A DNA stretch of 64,000 bases from Lingula anatina (Eukaryota; Animalia; Brachiopoda): NCBI GenBank assembly GCA_051362555.1, contig CM120642.1:26846001-26910000 (forward strand), read 5' to 3'. The translations under genes and the position numbers were made by a program. Below, piece by piece: positions 38,808 to 50,931 of this stretch (position 1 is the stretch's first letter; each line of letters begins with the position of its first letter). Below the pieces are notes generated by a model. It saw only the letters and a program-made list of their open reading frames with translations, searched no databases and had not been told where the DNA came from.

Positions 38808-41800
38808 ATAATTTGCATTTAATTCTTTCATTGTTTCATTCTGATGAACCACAGGGCTTAGAGATTTAACAAATTGAATTGAAAGACCTCTCAGATAAGA
38901 ATCAGTGTGTAATATGTTGGTCTGCTTAGACAGTTAATTATCTCTCAGGTGTGTAGTTTCCATAAAAGAACCAAACAGCCATTCTGCTGCACTGTAATTA
39001 TCCATGAAAATTTGAAAGACCAGATGTGTCAAGGACACTGAATTTGAAGTTCCACCCTTACTAGTATGCATTTCAATTGAAGGACCACTGTTCTTTGCTT
39101 AGATAGAAATCAGTTTGTTTATGTAGGTGCTATATAATGAAATGAGAATCTTTCTGCTTTGAATACAATGCTACTTAGTAATCTATAGTAAATGGGGACT
39201 GAAAATGTACATCTTTTATTTAATCAATGAGACCTGTTATAATAAATTTGATCAATCTAGGCTTATTGTGACATATATTTTTCATAATTCTTTTTTTCTT
39301 ATTTTTTTTAGACAAGATGGCTGACCAACTTGGTAGAGTGAGACCCAAAAGATAAAGACCTTATCCTGAGAATGCCAAAGAGTTGGATGTACAGAATATT
39401 AAAGCAACAGCTATATGTGACATATCTGACACAATAACACAACTAAAAGAAGTTTGTGAAAATGACAATGGCAAAGAAAACTGTGGTCCTAACTTCTCTT
39501 ATAGCGAAGAAGAGTTGAGTAATGAAGTGCACTGTGATGGTGATTATAGTGACAGTGATGATGATTTCAATGGAGATACCTGTGATGACCCATGTGACAA
39601 ACCAATTTACCCTGATCATAACTTGACAATGCACCTTAGTATTTTGCTCATTTTTCTGTATGCCACTGCCCATGCAATTACTGGGAGTCAATTAAGTGAT
39701 CTTCACATGCTCATCAGTATACACTGGTTTGCAAACTCACCCTGGGCTAAAGAGTTTATTTGTTTTTAAGAAGTACTTCTCAGGAATGTCATCCCCTGTA
39801 GTGTTGATTTTTATGTTCATTGATAGTTGGTGGGTTACATCATAATTCAGTATTGCTCCAAATCTGCCTAAATCATGAAAACCCTATGAAATCTTAACAT
39901 CATCCTGGTTACTCGGTATTATAAGCAGTAAATCAAAGTATTAATTTGATAATAATACATAAGAACTTAAATTATATCAAGTACAAATGTTATTATGAAT
40001 AAATAATCATTTATATAAACCTTTGGAACTATTTTTTTTATGTGGGGTTATGTAAATAAATAAATTTGGCCAAAAAGTGGGCAAAATCCATAACTGAACA
40101 TGAATAGTTTGTTTTTTTTTTTTTAGTACAATTTTGTTAGTTTGAGTAAGGATGGTTTCGAGAATGGAAAAGAAGTTTTCAAATGCCTAAATCTTGATTT
40201 TTTCAAAAAAAAAGTTAATTTCTATTTTTATAAGTTTTTTGCAAACTGTAAGCTAATAGCCATTTTTTTTTTTTTTTTTGCAAACTTCTTGCGAACTGTA
40301 AGTTAATTTCTAAGTTTCTTGCAAACTTATCGCGAACTGTAAGTAATTGTCTAAGTTTCTCGCAAACGTCGCAAACTGTAAGTAATTGTCTAAGTTTCTT
40401 GCAAAGTTATCGCGAACTGTAAGGAATTGTCTAAGTTTCTTGCAAACTTCTTGTGAACTGTAAGTTGATGTCTAAGTTTCTTGCAAACTTATGGCGAACT
40501 GTAAGTAATTGACTAAGTTTCTTGCAAACTTATGGCAAACTGTAAGTAATTGTTTAAGTTTCTTGCAAACTTGTCGCGAACTGTAAGTAATTGTCTAAGT
40601 TTCTTGCAAACTTATCGCGAACTGTAATTAATTGTCTAAGTTTCTTGCAAAGTTATCGCGAACTGTAAGTAATTGTTTAAGTTTCTTGCAAACTTCTTGT
40701 GAACTGTAAGTTGATGTCTAAGTTTCTTGCAAACTTATCGCAAACTGTAAGTAGACTGCTGAGTATCTCGAAAATTTGATGCAAACTAAGTAAATGTCAT
40801 CTTGCAAACTTCTCCCAAACTATTAACAAATGTCTAAGTGTCTTCAGGTGTCTTCAGACTTCTCATAAACTAAAGTTTATAAATTTCTTAGTTTCATGCA
40901 AAAATCTCATAAGCTGTTAGTTAACTTGGCCTTTTTTTTTTTTTAACTTAATACTAATATTTTGGCTTGAAAATGGCACTTCCTGACACCCATGCTCAGT
41001 GCAAACATCATTAATTTAACTGTATGTTAGTAAAAAAAGGTATGGACTTTCTTGCAAAACTCAGGCTAACTTTTATATGAAAAAGAATTTGCAAATTTGC
41101 TGCAAACATGAAACAATTTCTTGCAAATGAATCAACTTGGTGTGTATAAAAGCTGAGTTTCTTGCAAACCTTTATGTAAATGAGGAGTTTATTGCAAATT
41201 TACTGCATTTGCAACAATGTTAGGCTTTCTTGCAAACTTCCTGCAAAATGTTATGTAAATGAAGGTTTTCTTGCAAATTTTCTGCAAATTTGCAACAGGG
41301 TATATTTATCCTTGCAAACTTTCTTCAGGCTTTTATGTAAATGAGCAGTTTCTTGCAAATTTGCTGCAAATTTGCAACAGTGTATAGTCTTTCTTGCAAA
41401 CATCCAGCAAACTTTTATGTAAATGAGGGTCTTCTTGCAAATTTGCTGCAAATTTGCAAGAAAATAGAAGCTTTCTTGCAAATTTGCTGCAAATTTGCTA
41501 GAAAATGATAGTTTTCTTGCGAACTACCTGCAAACTTTTAATCTTCCTGCAAATTTGCAGCAAATTTGCAACAACTCTGATTTTTCTTGCAACAACCTGC
41601 AAACAGTTTCTTGCAAACTATTTGGTTTGCAGCAAATTTGCTGCAAATTTTTTGCAAGTTTGCTGCAAACTTTTCATTTTGCTAAGGGTATTTGCGTTGC
41701 GTACCTTCAACTTGTTTTCCTTACGGTTCACAATGACAGCCGTTATCTGCTGGTCCAAGAAGATCAATATTGTTGCCAAGGCGGCTGGTAGGATGGCTGC

Positions 41801-44800
41801 TAGGGCCAACCACCATGGGTTGTTCTCGGTCAGAGGGTTGACAATCCAGCTGGTTCTGTTTTCATAGGTGGGCTGGAGATTGAATCAAAAGGGGTCATCT
41901 ATTTTCATCACAATTTTCATCAAGTCTACAAACCGTACACTGAGGAGGGGGTTGAGGGTAATACCCTTTGTACGCTTTAGAAAAAAAGAATGAAAATGAT
42001 GATCCAAATTGAAGGCAAAGGTAATCATGTTATCATGTTTAGCTTTTCACCTTGTATTCTCTGAAGGGGGGAGGGGGTCTGAAAAAGGAGTCTTTTATAC
42101 TTGGGAAAAAGGAGGATAAAAGTAGATGGCCCCAAAGTCAATATGTGTTCGCAAAACATAGTTAGTGTTCACGGTGCAGTTATACAAAATTAAATAAAGC
42201 AAACTTCAAATTTTCATCCGACCCAGAAAGAAAACACTACTGATACAACTTCATTTGCTCTTGATCTATTATTACCTGTATTTTGCTGGGAACGTTCAGT
42301 TTTGGCGTATCAATGGAAACAATACGATCAGCCCCGATCATGATGGCGAGAGCAATGGGAACGGCGAAGTCACTCACCACAGAGCGGACCTGTGTTTATG
42401 TGAATAGAAACGAAGGAAGTATTTATTGTTCAATAAAATAGTCTATTAACATTTCAACGTTATATTAAATGGACTGGCACGATGGCCAACAATATTTGAG
42501 AAAAACTTTGTGAAAACGGGTTATACATTTTTCTCGACGCTCATTTTAGTTTCATGTCCCCATTCATTAAAGACGTTATATGCAAACACATTTTTACAAT
42601 ATTTTAAATAAGCTCGCGCATCTCTCATCATTACTATGAGCTTCCAAGCGATCACAAATTTCTTCTGTGGTCAAGTCGCGTATTTAGACGTTATTTATAC
42701 TAACCCGTCTCAAATAATTCTAATATACACGGTAACCAATAACAAAACTCTTTTTATTTCGATGCAAACATAGCCCTATGCTCCTGAAGCAGTCTGTTAA
42801 AATGTAAAATCACTTAATATTAAAAACTTATTTTATATAATAACCTTGTGATGTATCGACAACTACCATTAGGTACATTGTATTGTGGCACCTTATCTCA
42901 TTTGTAAAACTCTGAGGGCTTTTCTCTATTTCAACATTTGCAAAACAAAGATTAAGCTGACGTGACAGTGTTTCACCTTTTATCAATTTACAAATGAAAA
43001 TTACCTTGCTTGGAAAATAATTACTAGCTCTAAATTGTTTCAACTTCCAAGCGATGATGAATGTCCCCAAAAATAGCAGTACAGAGAAGAAGAAAACGTT
43101 CTCTACAAATTTCTCCTCAAAGCAACCGGGACCATGTAATACACCTCCATCTGCTGTGCATTCGAACATTGACACTATGGGTCTGAAAAAAAGTGTAGTC
43201 ACTTAACTATTGAGATGGATAAATATATTGTATGAGTATATTGTCCACAAGTAAGGAATGGCGCGCTCACAACAGAAATGTCATGTTGGAAGACAGCAAA
43301 GTCCATGTTGCCTCAATGTTTGACGTAATAAAAAATATTACGGCATAGCCAAGTTGGAGACACGGTCCAAAAAATTGGCATTGGGTTAATTACTTTTAAT
43401 ATAGAGCAGTTAATATTCAAAGAACCGAAGTGAAACGCGCCTCTATTTTGAAAATAAAGGATGCCGAAAATAAGGTCAACATGTATAAACTTACAGTAAT
43501 GTATGGGTATCAATGTACTAAATCATGTAACTTGATAATATTATGATAATACATCGATATTGCCTCAGATAATCCTTTGACGTAGAGGTCTACATTTCCT
43601 TGTTATGTAGTAAAATTTAAAAACTATATGTAACATACAACTTTATACTAGAGCATTTTTACAATTTTATACTAGAGCACGTGTTTTGATCTCCACAAAA
43701 TCTCATGACCTGTGACGCAACTTCGGGGACTATGTCACCCTACGGTTTGTATTTAAGCCTGTTTGTTAAGATGGCATGAAATAACCTTCCATTCCAACGG
43801 TGCTTCCACAGGGGCGGATGACGAGATATTTCCTGACAGTCTTCCAAATTATCTTTGTTGATCTATTATCCATTTTTGACCGTCATCCGACAGAAAAAAA
43901 TTTAGATTCCTGTAAATGTAAAGTTGAAATTATGACCGTCTTCCGGAAGACCCAGAAGACGGCCTCAATCCGCTCCTGTTTCAGTACCGCTACCTTCAGC
44001 GTTTATTTCTCACCTGTTCATGCACTCGGGACCGTGGGGTAGATGGCCAAAGTCGTCTTCTCCTGGGTTGAAAGTGCAGTTAAACGGCAGATGCAGACTA
44101 GTATATATATCCGAGGAATTAAAGGTATCTGAAAATTACATGTATTGAGCACATATTAACGGCTTGATAGTGTCCCGACCCTTTGGGTGTCCTACCACTT
44201 CTTACATCGCCTATGTAAATGTACTTTCCACTTTATACAAGAACGCGCCCAAGTTTGACGCGGAGCACTTACCTGTCATGTTGGGATGCAGACAATAGCA
44301 CTCGTGTTTTTGTGCCCTTTCTGTATGCATGTGCACTGGGTAGTGGTCAGATATAGACACGGTCTTCTCGAAGGCCTCAAATATAAAGATCAAGGAAATA
44401 AGCATGGCGAAGCTCTCCTCGGTGAATTTTGTAATGTACCTGACCAGGGCGCTAAGGTCAAAGGCGACGATGACGAGAAGGATGATGCTTATCCACAGTC
44501 CGACCCACACCCTGGATTCCAGGTAATCCCAGCCACGGTCGCTATAAGCGAAAAGCAGGGGTATTTTAATGGCATATGTTATGAGTGTATTAAGTATTTC
44601 ACATTGAGTATACTTTAGCGCCTGTAAGTGTGTGTCGTGTTTAAATAGATGAATTATGGTTTCAAATTTGTCATCTTTGTAAAAAATTTGAACTACCGGA
44701 ATTCAACCTGTGGCAGAAATGCAATGACCGTTTATCGGTGCGTCAAACAATGTCAACATTTTCGCAATGGAGAAAGTGTTGTTATAAAAATTATAAACAT

Positions 44801-47800
44801 ATATATATTATAGATATCATAAAAATTGGAAATGAGACATCTTTCTTGGCCACTTCCAATACTGGAGTGAAGTGATCCCGACCATTTATTTTTTCCAAAG
44901 AACGGATTTGGGTTGATGTTAAATATAAAACTTCAACCACATGGAAAAGGGGGCCGAGGTGTCACGTTGTACCCGTAAGACTTGTAAAAACTTACTTGCA
45001 AAATTTGTAGTAAACTTTCTCGAAGATCAGCATGGGCCCAGTACTACTGATGATGGTTAACGGTTGGCCAGAGAATAGTGCGTACGTTGCTCCACAGATG
45101 GCAGCACCAAGGATGTTTTCAATATTTCCCTGAAATTAATAGACCTTTGTTCATAATACCCATGAATGCTGATAATAATGTACAGTAAGCCACAACATAA
45201 TTTTTTTTTCTTGAAATTTGACTCATCTGAAGATATGCTCTAAAACAGAATCTTCATTATGTTCATTGGAACTGAGAAGTCAAACGTAGAAAGAAACATA
45301 ATGACGAAACAGTCGAAACAGCATTTTTTTTTAAATTCATTTTAGCTTCATCTGTAGGACCATAACCGAAACTTACCAAATGCGAATGCGTTCCCTCAGT
45401 TAACAACCCACCAAACGTGACGTTCGAAGTCAGAAGAGCAAAGTACAAGAAGATGAAGGGCGCCAAGCATTTGTAATGAATAGCGTCTCTAAAATCCGAC
45501 AGGTACCATCGTATTTTCCTCTTGAAATCGTCAACAAGACCCCCAAAGGGCCTAGGAATAGAAATAAGTTAGAATGGAAGATAATATGGGAGCCAAATCG
45601 ACGTTTAATATTGAATTACGCATAGGTAGACCTGCATTGGTGTACAACGTTTTCAGTTGACGTGGATTTGAATTCCAATCACTGCCAAACAATACATAGT
45701 ATCTATAAATAATTTTTTACAAAAAGGATTTTGCATAGGGCCTATTTATTTTTATATCAAATACCAGTAGATGATATTCTGACACAAAAATATGTCTATT
45801 TGAAAACAAAACAAGGCCAATTATTTAACATAACAAAATGGGCCCATGTTGATTAAAATTTATTAACGAAAAAAATTAACAACCGTGCTTTACAACACTA
45901 AACAGTGACAGCACACCTCCCAGTCCGTATCAAAGTGGGGTCTGCATGACCAGGCACTTCTTCCTCCTCATCATCTTCATCCAATAATGAACTAAACCGA
46001 CGTGCTTTAAAATAGATGGCGCTGGCAACACTTGATCGGCGCCTTCCAATCATAGTTTTTTTCATTTTTTTCTTGCGTTTAGCCTGTAAAGATAAAAGAG
46101 TGGTTTTGAGTAATTTGATTTTATTAGAATAATATTTCCTGATGATGACTTGGTACATTAGCCCCGTATGTTTTCAAGGACATGCTATGGTTCAATATTA
46201 TCACGTCCCTCTTCTTTTCAACAGGCATTAACTTCAATAAAACTTCTTATTTATCATTTTCTTATTTTGATGAACTGAAAAAAAGATGACAGAAACACCG
46301 AAACAGTGATTTCTTTTGCAATTTTCAGTGCTATCATTTCTGGCATGTGAATCAAAATGCGCTTTTCAAATGCGTAGGCCTACCTGCGAGGGGATATTTT
46401 GTGGCGGCTCGACGCGTATGGCAGGGTTCCACTCGCTAGATGGCAGCACTGTAGTTGAATCTATGAACTCATCCACTCCATCCACCAGCTCCTGCATATT
46501 GTGGGCTTTGTAGGCGCATTCTTGAAACACCTTGACACAAAATGACTCTGAAAATTACTTTGAAAATGCAAGTATTCTACAGAAGATATTGCTAAAAATT
46601 GCTACAAATTTTAAGCGAGACATCCAAAACTTAAATCAACCAAAGGTGAGTCAAAATCGAAAATAAATTAAAACATATAACATATAATATACGTCCTTGT
46701 TTCGTTTAAGTCACCACGACCTACTTCATCACACATCAGAGCTCCCATAGCTCGGCCAAGGTCATGATAACTGCTTTCCGGATCCCTCGCTGGTCCCAGC
46801 AGTAAGAATATGAACCGCGTGGGCAGCGGTACTTCCGTCATGTCACCCAGAATGGAAGCGTTGGACAGGCGACAGAAGCAACACAGAGGATTCGGCAGAA
46901 AGTCCACGTTGCCCACAAGTATGTTACACACTTCGGCACCCTTTGGAATCTTTCTCATGAAATTTTGGTTCGGCTGAAATAATTTCGATAAAATAGAATA
47001 GAATAATTGGCACGTGAGGGTTCTGATATTTTTGTCGCAATTTTACAATAAGAACCTTCACCTAACATTTGTAACAATCAAACAAGCAGGTCAATTCTAT
47101 AATTTCAACCTTGGACATTATAACGTAATTTTGTCCATGTTTCAACAGAGCTTACAGAATGTACAAGAAGACTGGTTCAGTATCCTTTTAGTGTGAACAC
47201 AATAAAGAACACATTAACACATAAAGACAATGAATGAAATTAGTACACCACTTTTTCTGCAAATCTGGCCCGTTACTGAGATTATAGACAGTAAAATGTG
47301 ACATCTCAATGCATTTGAAAACCATAGACATTTCTGGGTCTCAGACACATCAATTTTAAACCCATGGGTTACCATGGCAACGGCTCGGCACTCACACCAC
47401 CACCAGTTTAATCTCACATAAGCTGAAAACAAAAGCTTATGACCTAAGCTATCATAAAAACAAAGTGAATGTAAATCGCTAACGGAGGATGATTTCGATT
47501 TTTTGCCCACGGGCTAATGTTGATTACCTTGTATATTTCATCACTGTCCTTAAATACGTCATCACCATCGGTCCCAAAACTCTCGGGGTCTTCGGGGTCA
47601 GTTCCATCAGTTTTGGTACTCTCACTTCTGCTGAATAATCTCCTATCACCTAGAAAATGGATAATTAAAATCTGATACATGATTTTCTGTAAATATTTAC
47701 GTTGTCAATGTATTTACAAATTACGTGTACTTTCAAGTTGACTGCAATTGATCTTTGCAGAAATCAGTTTAGTTGTTCATTATTCTGGTTTCTACGTTAG

Positions 47801-49692
47801 ATTCATAGTACACGATACGACAGAAATTACGATTCTTATTGGCTTTCGTAACGTAGCAGGCATCACCAGGGGAGCTCGATCACTTCATTTCTACTCCTTT
47901 ATAATGTAACACTATGATACTACGAATTCATCAGAAAATTAGAAATATTATCTCATGGTTATATATCGCTCACATTGGTAGGTAAAAGAGAAAGCATTGA
48001 GCGGTCTGTGTAACCATCATAGATTCATAATCATCAATGTTACCTGTGTTAATTAGGGAATAGTTTCTTCTGAGAGGTCTGGTTTTTCGAAGGTCGTTTT
48101 CAAGAGGCATCTGGTTGGATAAATTATCTTTCAATATGGGTGACGTACCGTTGGTAAAACTGGTTGATGTTGTCAATCCATTCTTTTTCTCAAAGCTTTT
48201 AAAGCCTGGTTAAAATGCAGTTTAAAGGCATGCGTTTGGCAAGTTATAATTGTTGCCTGAAGCACTGTTAAAGCAGACGACATATTAAGCAAAGAAAGAA
48301 CAGCAGGTTCCAGGGGGAAGGCATTTGGTATGGAATATAGGTTAAAGCTTCTGATTCAAAAGGAAATACATTTTAATTTAAAAAAAACAAATGCTTCATA
48401 AATGCAAATATATAAGAAAAGAAGAAGATCATCAGAATGATCAATACAATTCAATGTTTTGAAAATGGTCATATTTCTAAAAAAATTAATGTTGTCCATA
48501 TTGAATGCCAACCCAGCAAAATTTAACATATAAGCAAATTATCATTTACTGAAAAAAGGAAAAGCGCGATTGCACCACGCAAATATATAAATTATAAGTA
48601 TGCACGTACATATATTTTTATATGATTCAAAGCGATACAGATATATAGGCGATTTCGCTAATATAAGTATAATAAAATTTTAAATATTGCAGATTAGGCA
48701 TATACCAGTATTCATATTCTTCTTATGCCCGTACATGCAATTCCGGACACATAGTTTTCGTTATAAAACCATAATGCAAAGACCATGCGATTACAATATT
48801 CTAAAATTTTTAAGTATTAAAATATATGGGTTACAAGCCGTCCCACTCCACAACAAGCCACAGTAATTTGGTTTTGGTAAAGATCAATATTTTGGTATTT
48901 TATAGCGATATCTTATATAATTGCAAACTTTCGCCTGGTAATATGTATTAAAAAGCTTAACATTGCTTAGGAAGACGGTACAGTGTGTACCTCATGATAA
49001 AATTCTTAATTTAAAATGTTGCATTTATATTGCCTTACCGTTTGAAGCGGACGCCTCCTCCGATTTTGTCGTGGATAAACTCCGCTTAAAGTTGGCTAGC
49101 GAGTAGCTTGGCTTCTTTTCGTGCTGGTGATGATGTTTTCTCAGCAGCACGTCTTTCAACTTCTCCTCTGAAATATTTTCTGGGACTGCCCGTGATAGCC
49201 TTTCCACCAAAGAATCTAAAAGAAATAAAGATATCCATATGAGTGATATTCAGTTGGTTTGAAGGAAGGTCAAAAACTGTCAACAGCGATTATAGTGAAG
49301 GGCACTCGCATTCGACCGATTTCAGTGTTCATACGCGATTTTTAAATTTCTAGGCCACATATAAGTAAGGTGATATTTATAATAACTAACTTTGAATGGC
49401 AAATTTGATCATCCCATATTCATATTCAAACATTGTGTGTACGTTTTGTTTACGGGTTCTTAGACTTAACAGTTGGTTTTATTCTTACCGACAACCTCAG
49501 GGAATGTGTTGCCGTCCAGATCCTGGAGATATGCTCCTTCGGCCAGCAAATCACGGAATGTGCGAAGTTGGTTCATCTGCAGCGTGGCCACGCGGGGTTT
49601 GGACCACTTTCCACCGTCCAGCTCTACATCCTCTTCAAATTTGACCCACCTAGGTTTAGAAATGAGGAAAAAGGGCATATATATATGGTAAT

Positions 49693-49731
<39 letters not shown>

Positions 49732-49954
49732 AAACAGAGAGAGGGATTTCTCATGTTTAGATAATTTGAAATAACTGTTATACATGTATGAGATACGATA
49801 ACAAAAGCAAGGACGACCATGTAGTACATTTATATAATGTAAAAGTCCTTTCATAAAATGTCTAATAAATCTTCCTAAAATCACAATGTGGTTATAGAAA
49901 ATTATCAAGCCCATCCATATGACAAAAAAGATTCATACCTACCGTATATTGTTT

Positions 49955-49990
<36 letters not shown>

Positions 49991-50650
49991 GGATATCTTC
50001 TGTATACTTTTACACCAATGACGTCAAAGGTCAAACGGATGGAGAACGAAACTGCTGTTAAGTCTTTCATTTATGTTCCTTCACAATCAAAAGCCCTACT
50101 TGACCAGAAACTGTAAAGAGTTATAGCTGATGCCATATACTAGTACCTGGCGGTTTCAATCCACTCTTTATCTTCCGCACCTTTCTTGGACATTAATTCT
50201 GCCAGCTCACAGAATACATCTTTTACGTCTAAGAAGATGTTGCCTTCATAGTCGACCTTGAAGTCAACCTTCAGGTTATTCTTCTTCTGCCTTTTTAGGT
50301 GGGGAACATCATCATCATCTAGAATTGCAAAATTAGGTATTATTTTAAGTATATCAGCATTATAAAAATCTGTTTTTTTTTTCTTTATATCTTCTTTGAA
50401 TTCACTTGGAGCATATCCAGCAACGACACACTTATTGTGTGCTTCACATTTCGTGAAGAAAAATTTAAGGCAGAATGGCTATAACCTAAATAACATGCGA
50501 CCTGGGTGCTCTCGCTTTCCTACAGCCTGAAGCCCACCCTCTGCACCAAGTTTTTCATGTATTAACCCTCAGAAAAACTGAATACTCACCTGTGTGCGTG
50601 TTTTTCTCTACAATATCAGGTGCTTCAGAGTCTGTTGGGGTTGTGACAGT
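29559..50650 (-). CDS. SLC4-family bicarbonate transporter, Na+-coupled (NBC/NDCBE-like) type, 5' end unresolved; exons 50650-50590, 50318-50147, 49649-49489, 49215-49039, 48205-48044, 47649-47528, 46973-46725, 46530-46384, 46083-45917, 45551-45377, 45129-44996, 44541-44273, 44128-44014, 43182-43005, 42389-42276, 41872-41705, 32208-32030, 31650-31578, 31436-31368, 31105-30929, 30156-30043, 29651-29559
   Basis: Hallmark motifs [99 protein letters not shown] and LLWLDD. D in LIFLDQQIT is typical of Na+-coupled SLC4s (anion exchangers AE1-3 have E). Confidence 0.93.
30316..30501. mobile_element. Small degenerate MITE in an SLC4 intron
   Basis: ATGACGACGTTGCATCCTCCTC...GGACCT / AGGTCC...GAGGTGGATGCAACATCGTTAT inverted ends. 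Confidence 0.55.
33957..35762 (-). pseudogene. Decayed spliced accessory gene of the transposon (possibly BEN-domain-like)
   Basis: AG/GT-bounded segments: 35762-35593 [53 protein letters not shown]; ~34866-34821 [15 protein letters not shown]; 34047-33957 [30 protein letters not shown]. In-frame stops are present. The family call rests on resemblance only. Confidence 0.4.
39317..39800 (+). pseudogene. N-terminal remnant of an EnSpm/CACTA-type transposase
   Basis: Acidic tract followed by [41 protein letters not shown], then in a shifted frame [10 protein letters not shown]. This resembles the PLY...HxLT...DLL..I N-terminal block of animal EnSpm transposases. Early stop, frameshift, and no catalytic core seen. 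Confidence 0.6.
40270..40755. repeat. ~39-42-bp tandem minisatellite (~12 copies) inside the transposon
   Basis: Unit AAGTAATTGTCTAAGTTTCTTGCAAACTTATCGCGAACTGT repeated head-to-tail; shares the TTCTTGCAAA core with the subterminal repeats. Confidence 0.9.
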
Positions 50651-50894
50651 CTAGATAAAGAATAAATGAATGGAATGAAATATCAATACACAACAGTAAA
50701 TACGTAACCGCAAATATAACTGGATAAAAACACATTTGAAAACGAACCCTGTATTATACATAATATAGCAGTTTGGAGTTGGGAGGAAATATACCAGTAT
50801 CCTTATTTACGCCGCATCTTATTTGAAGTGAACTCTGTTGCATCATGTGCACTACCCTGCTATATGTTTCGCTAGCTTATTAGAAATATGTAAA

Positions 50895-50931
<37 letters not shown>

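Larger units (their letters stand above)
32503..41688. mobile_element. ~9.2-kb CACTA/EnSpm (CMC)-like DNA transposon inside an SLC4 intron
   Basis: TIR CCCTTAGCAAAAT (32503) / ATTTTGCTAAGGG (41688), 2-bp TA flanks. Dense subterminal repeats of TTGCAAATTTGCTGCAAA at 32520-32910 and 41050-41670. Decayed coding remnants inside. Confidence 0.8.

Noticed and set aside
40270-40755. CRISPR-like regular array
   Set aside because: Head-to-tail repeats without unique spacers, eukaryotic context, no cas genes.
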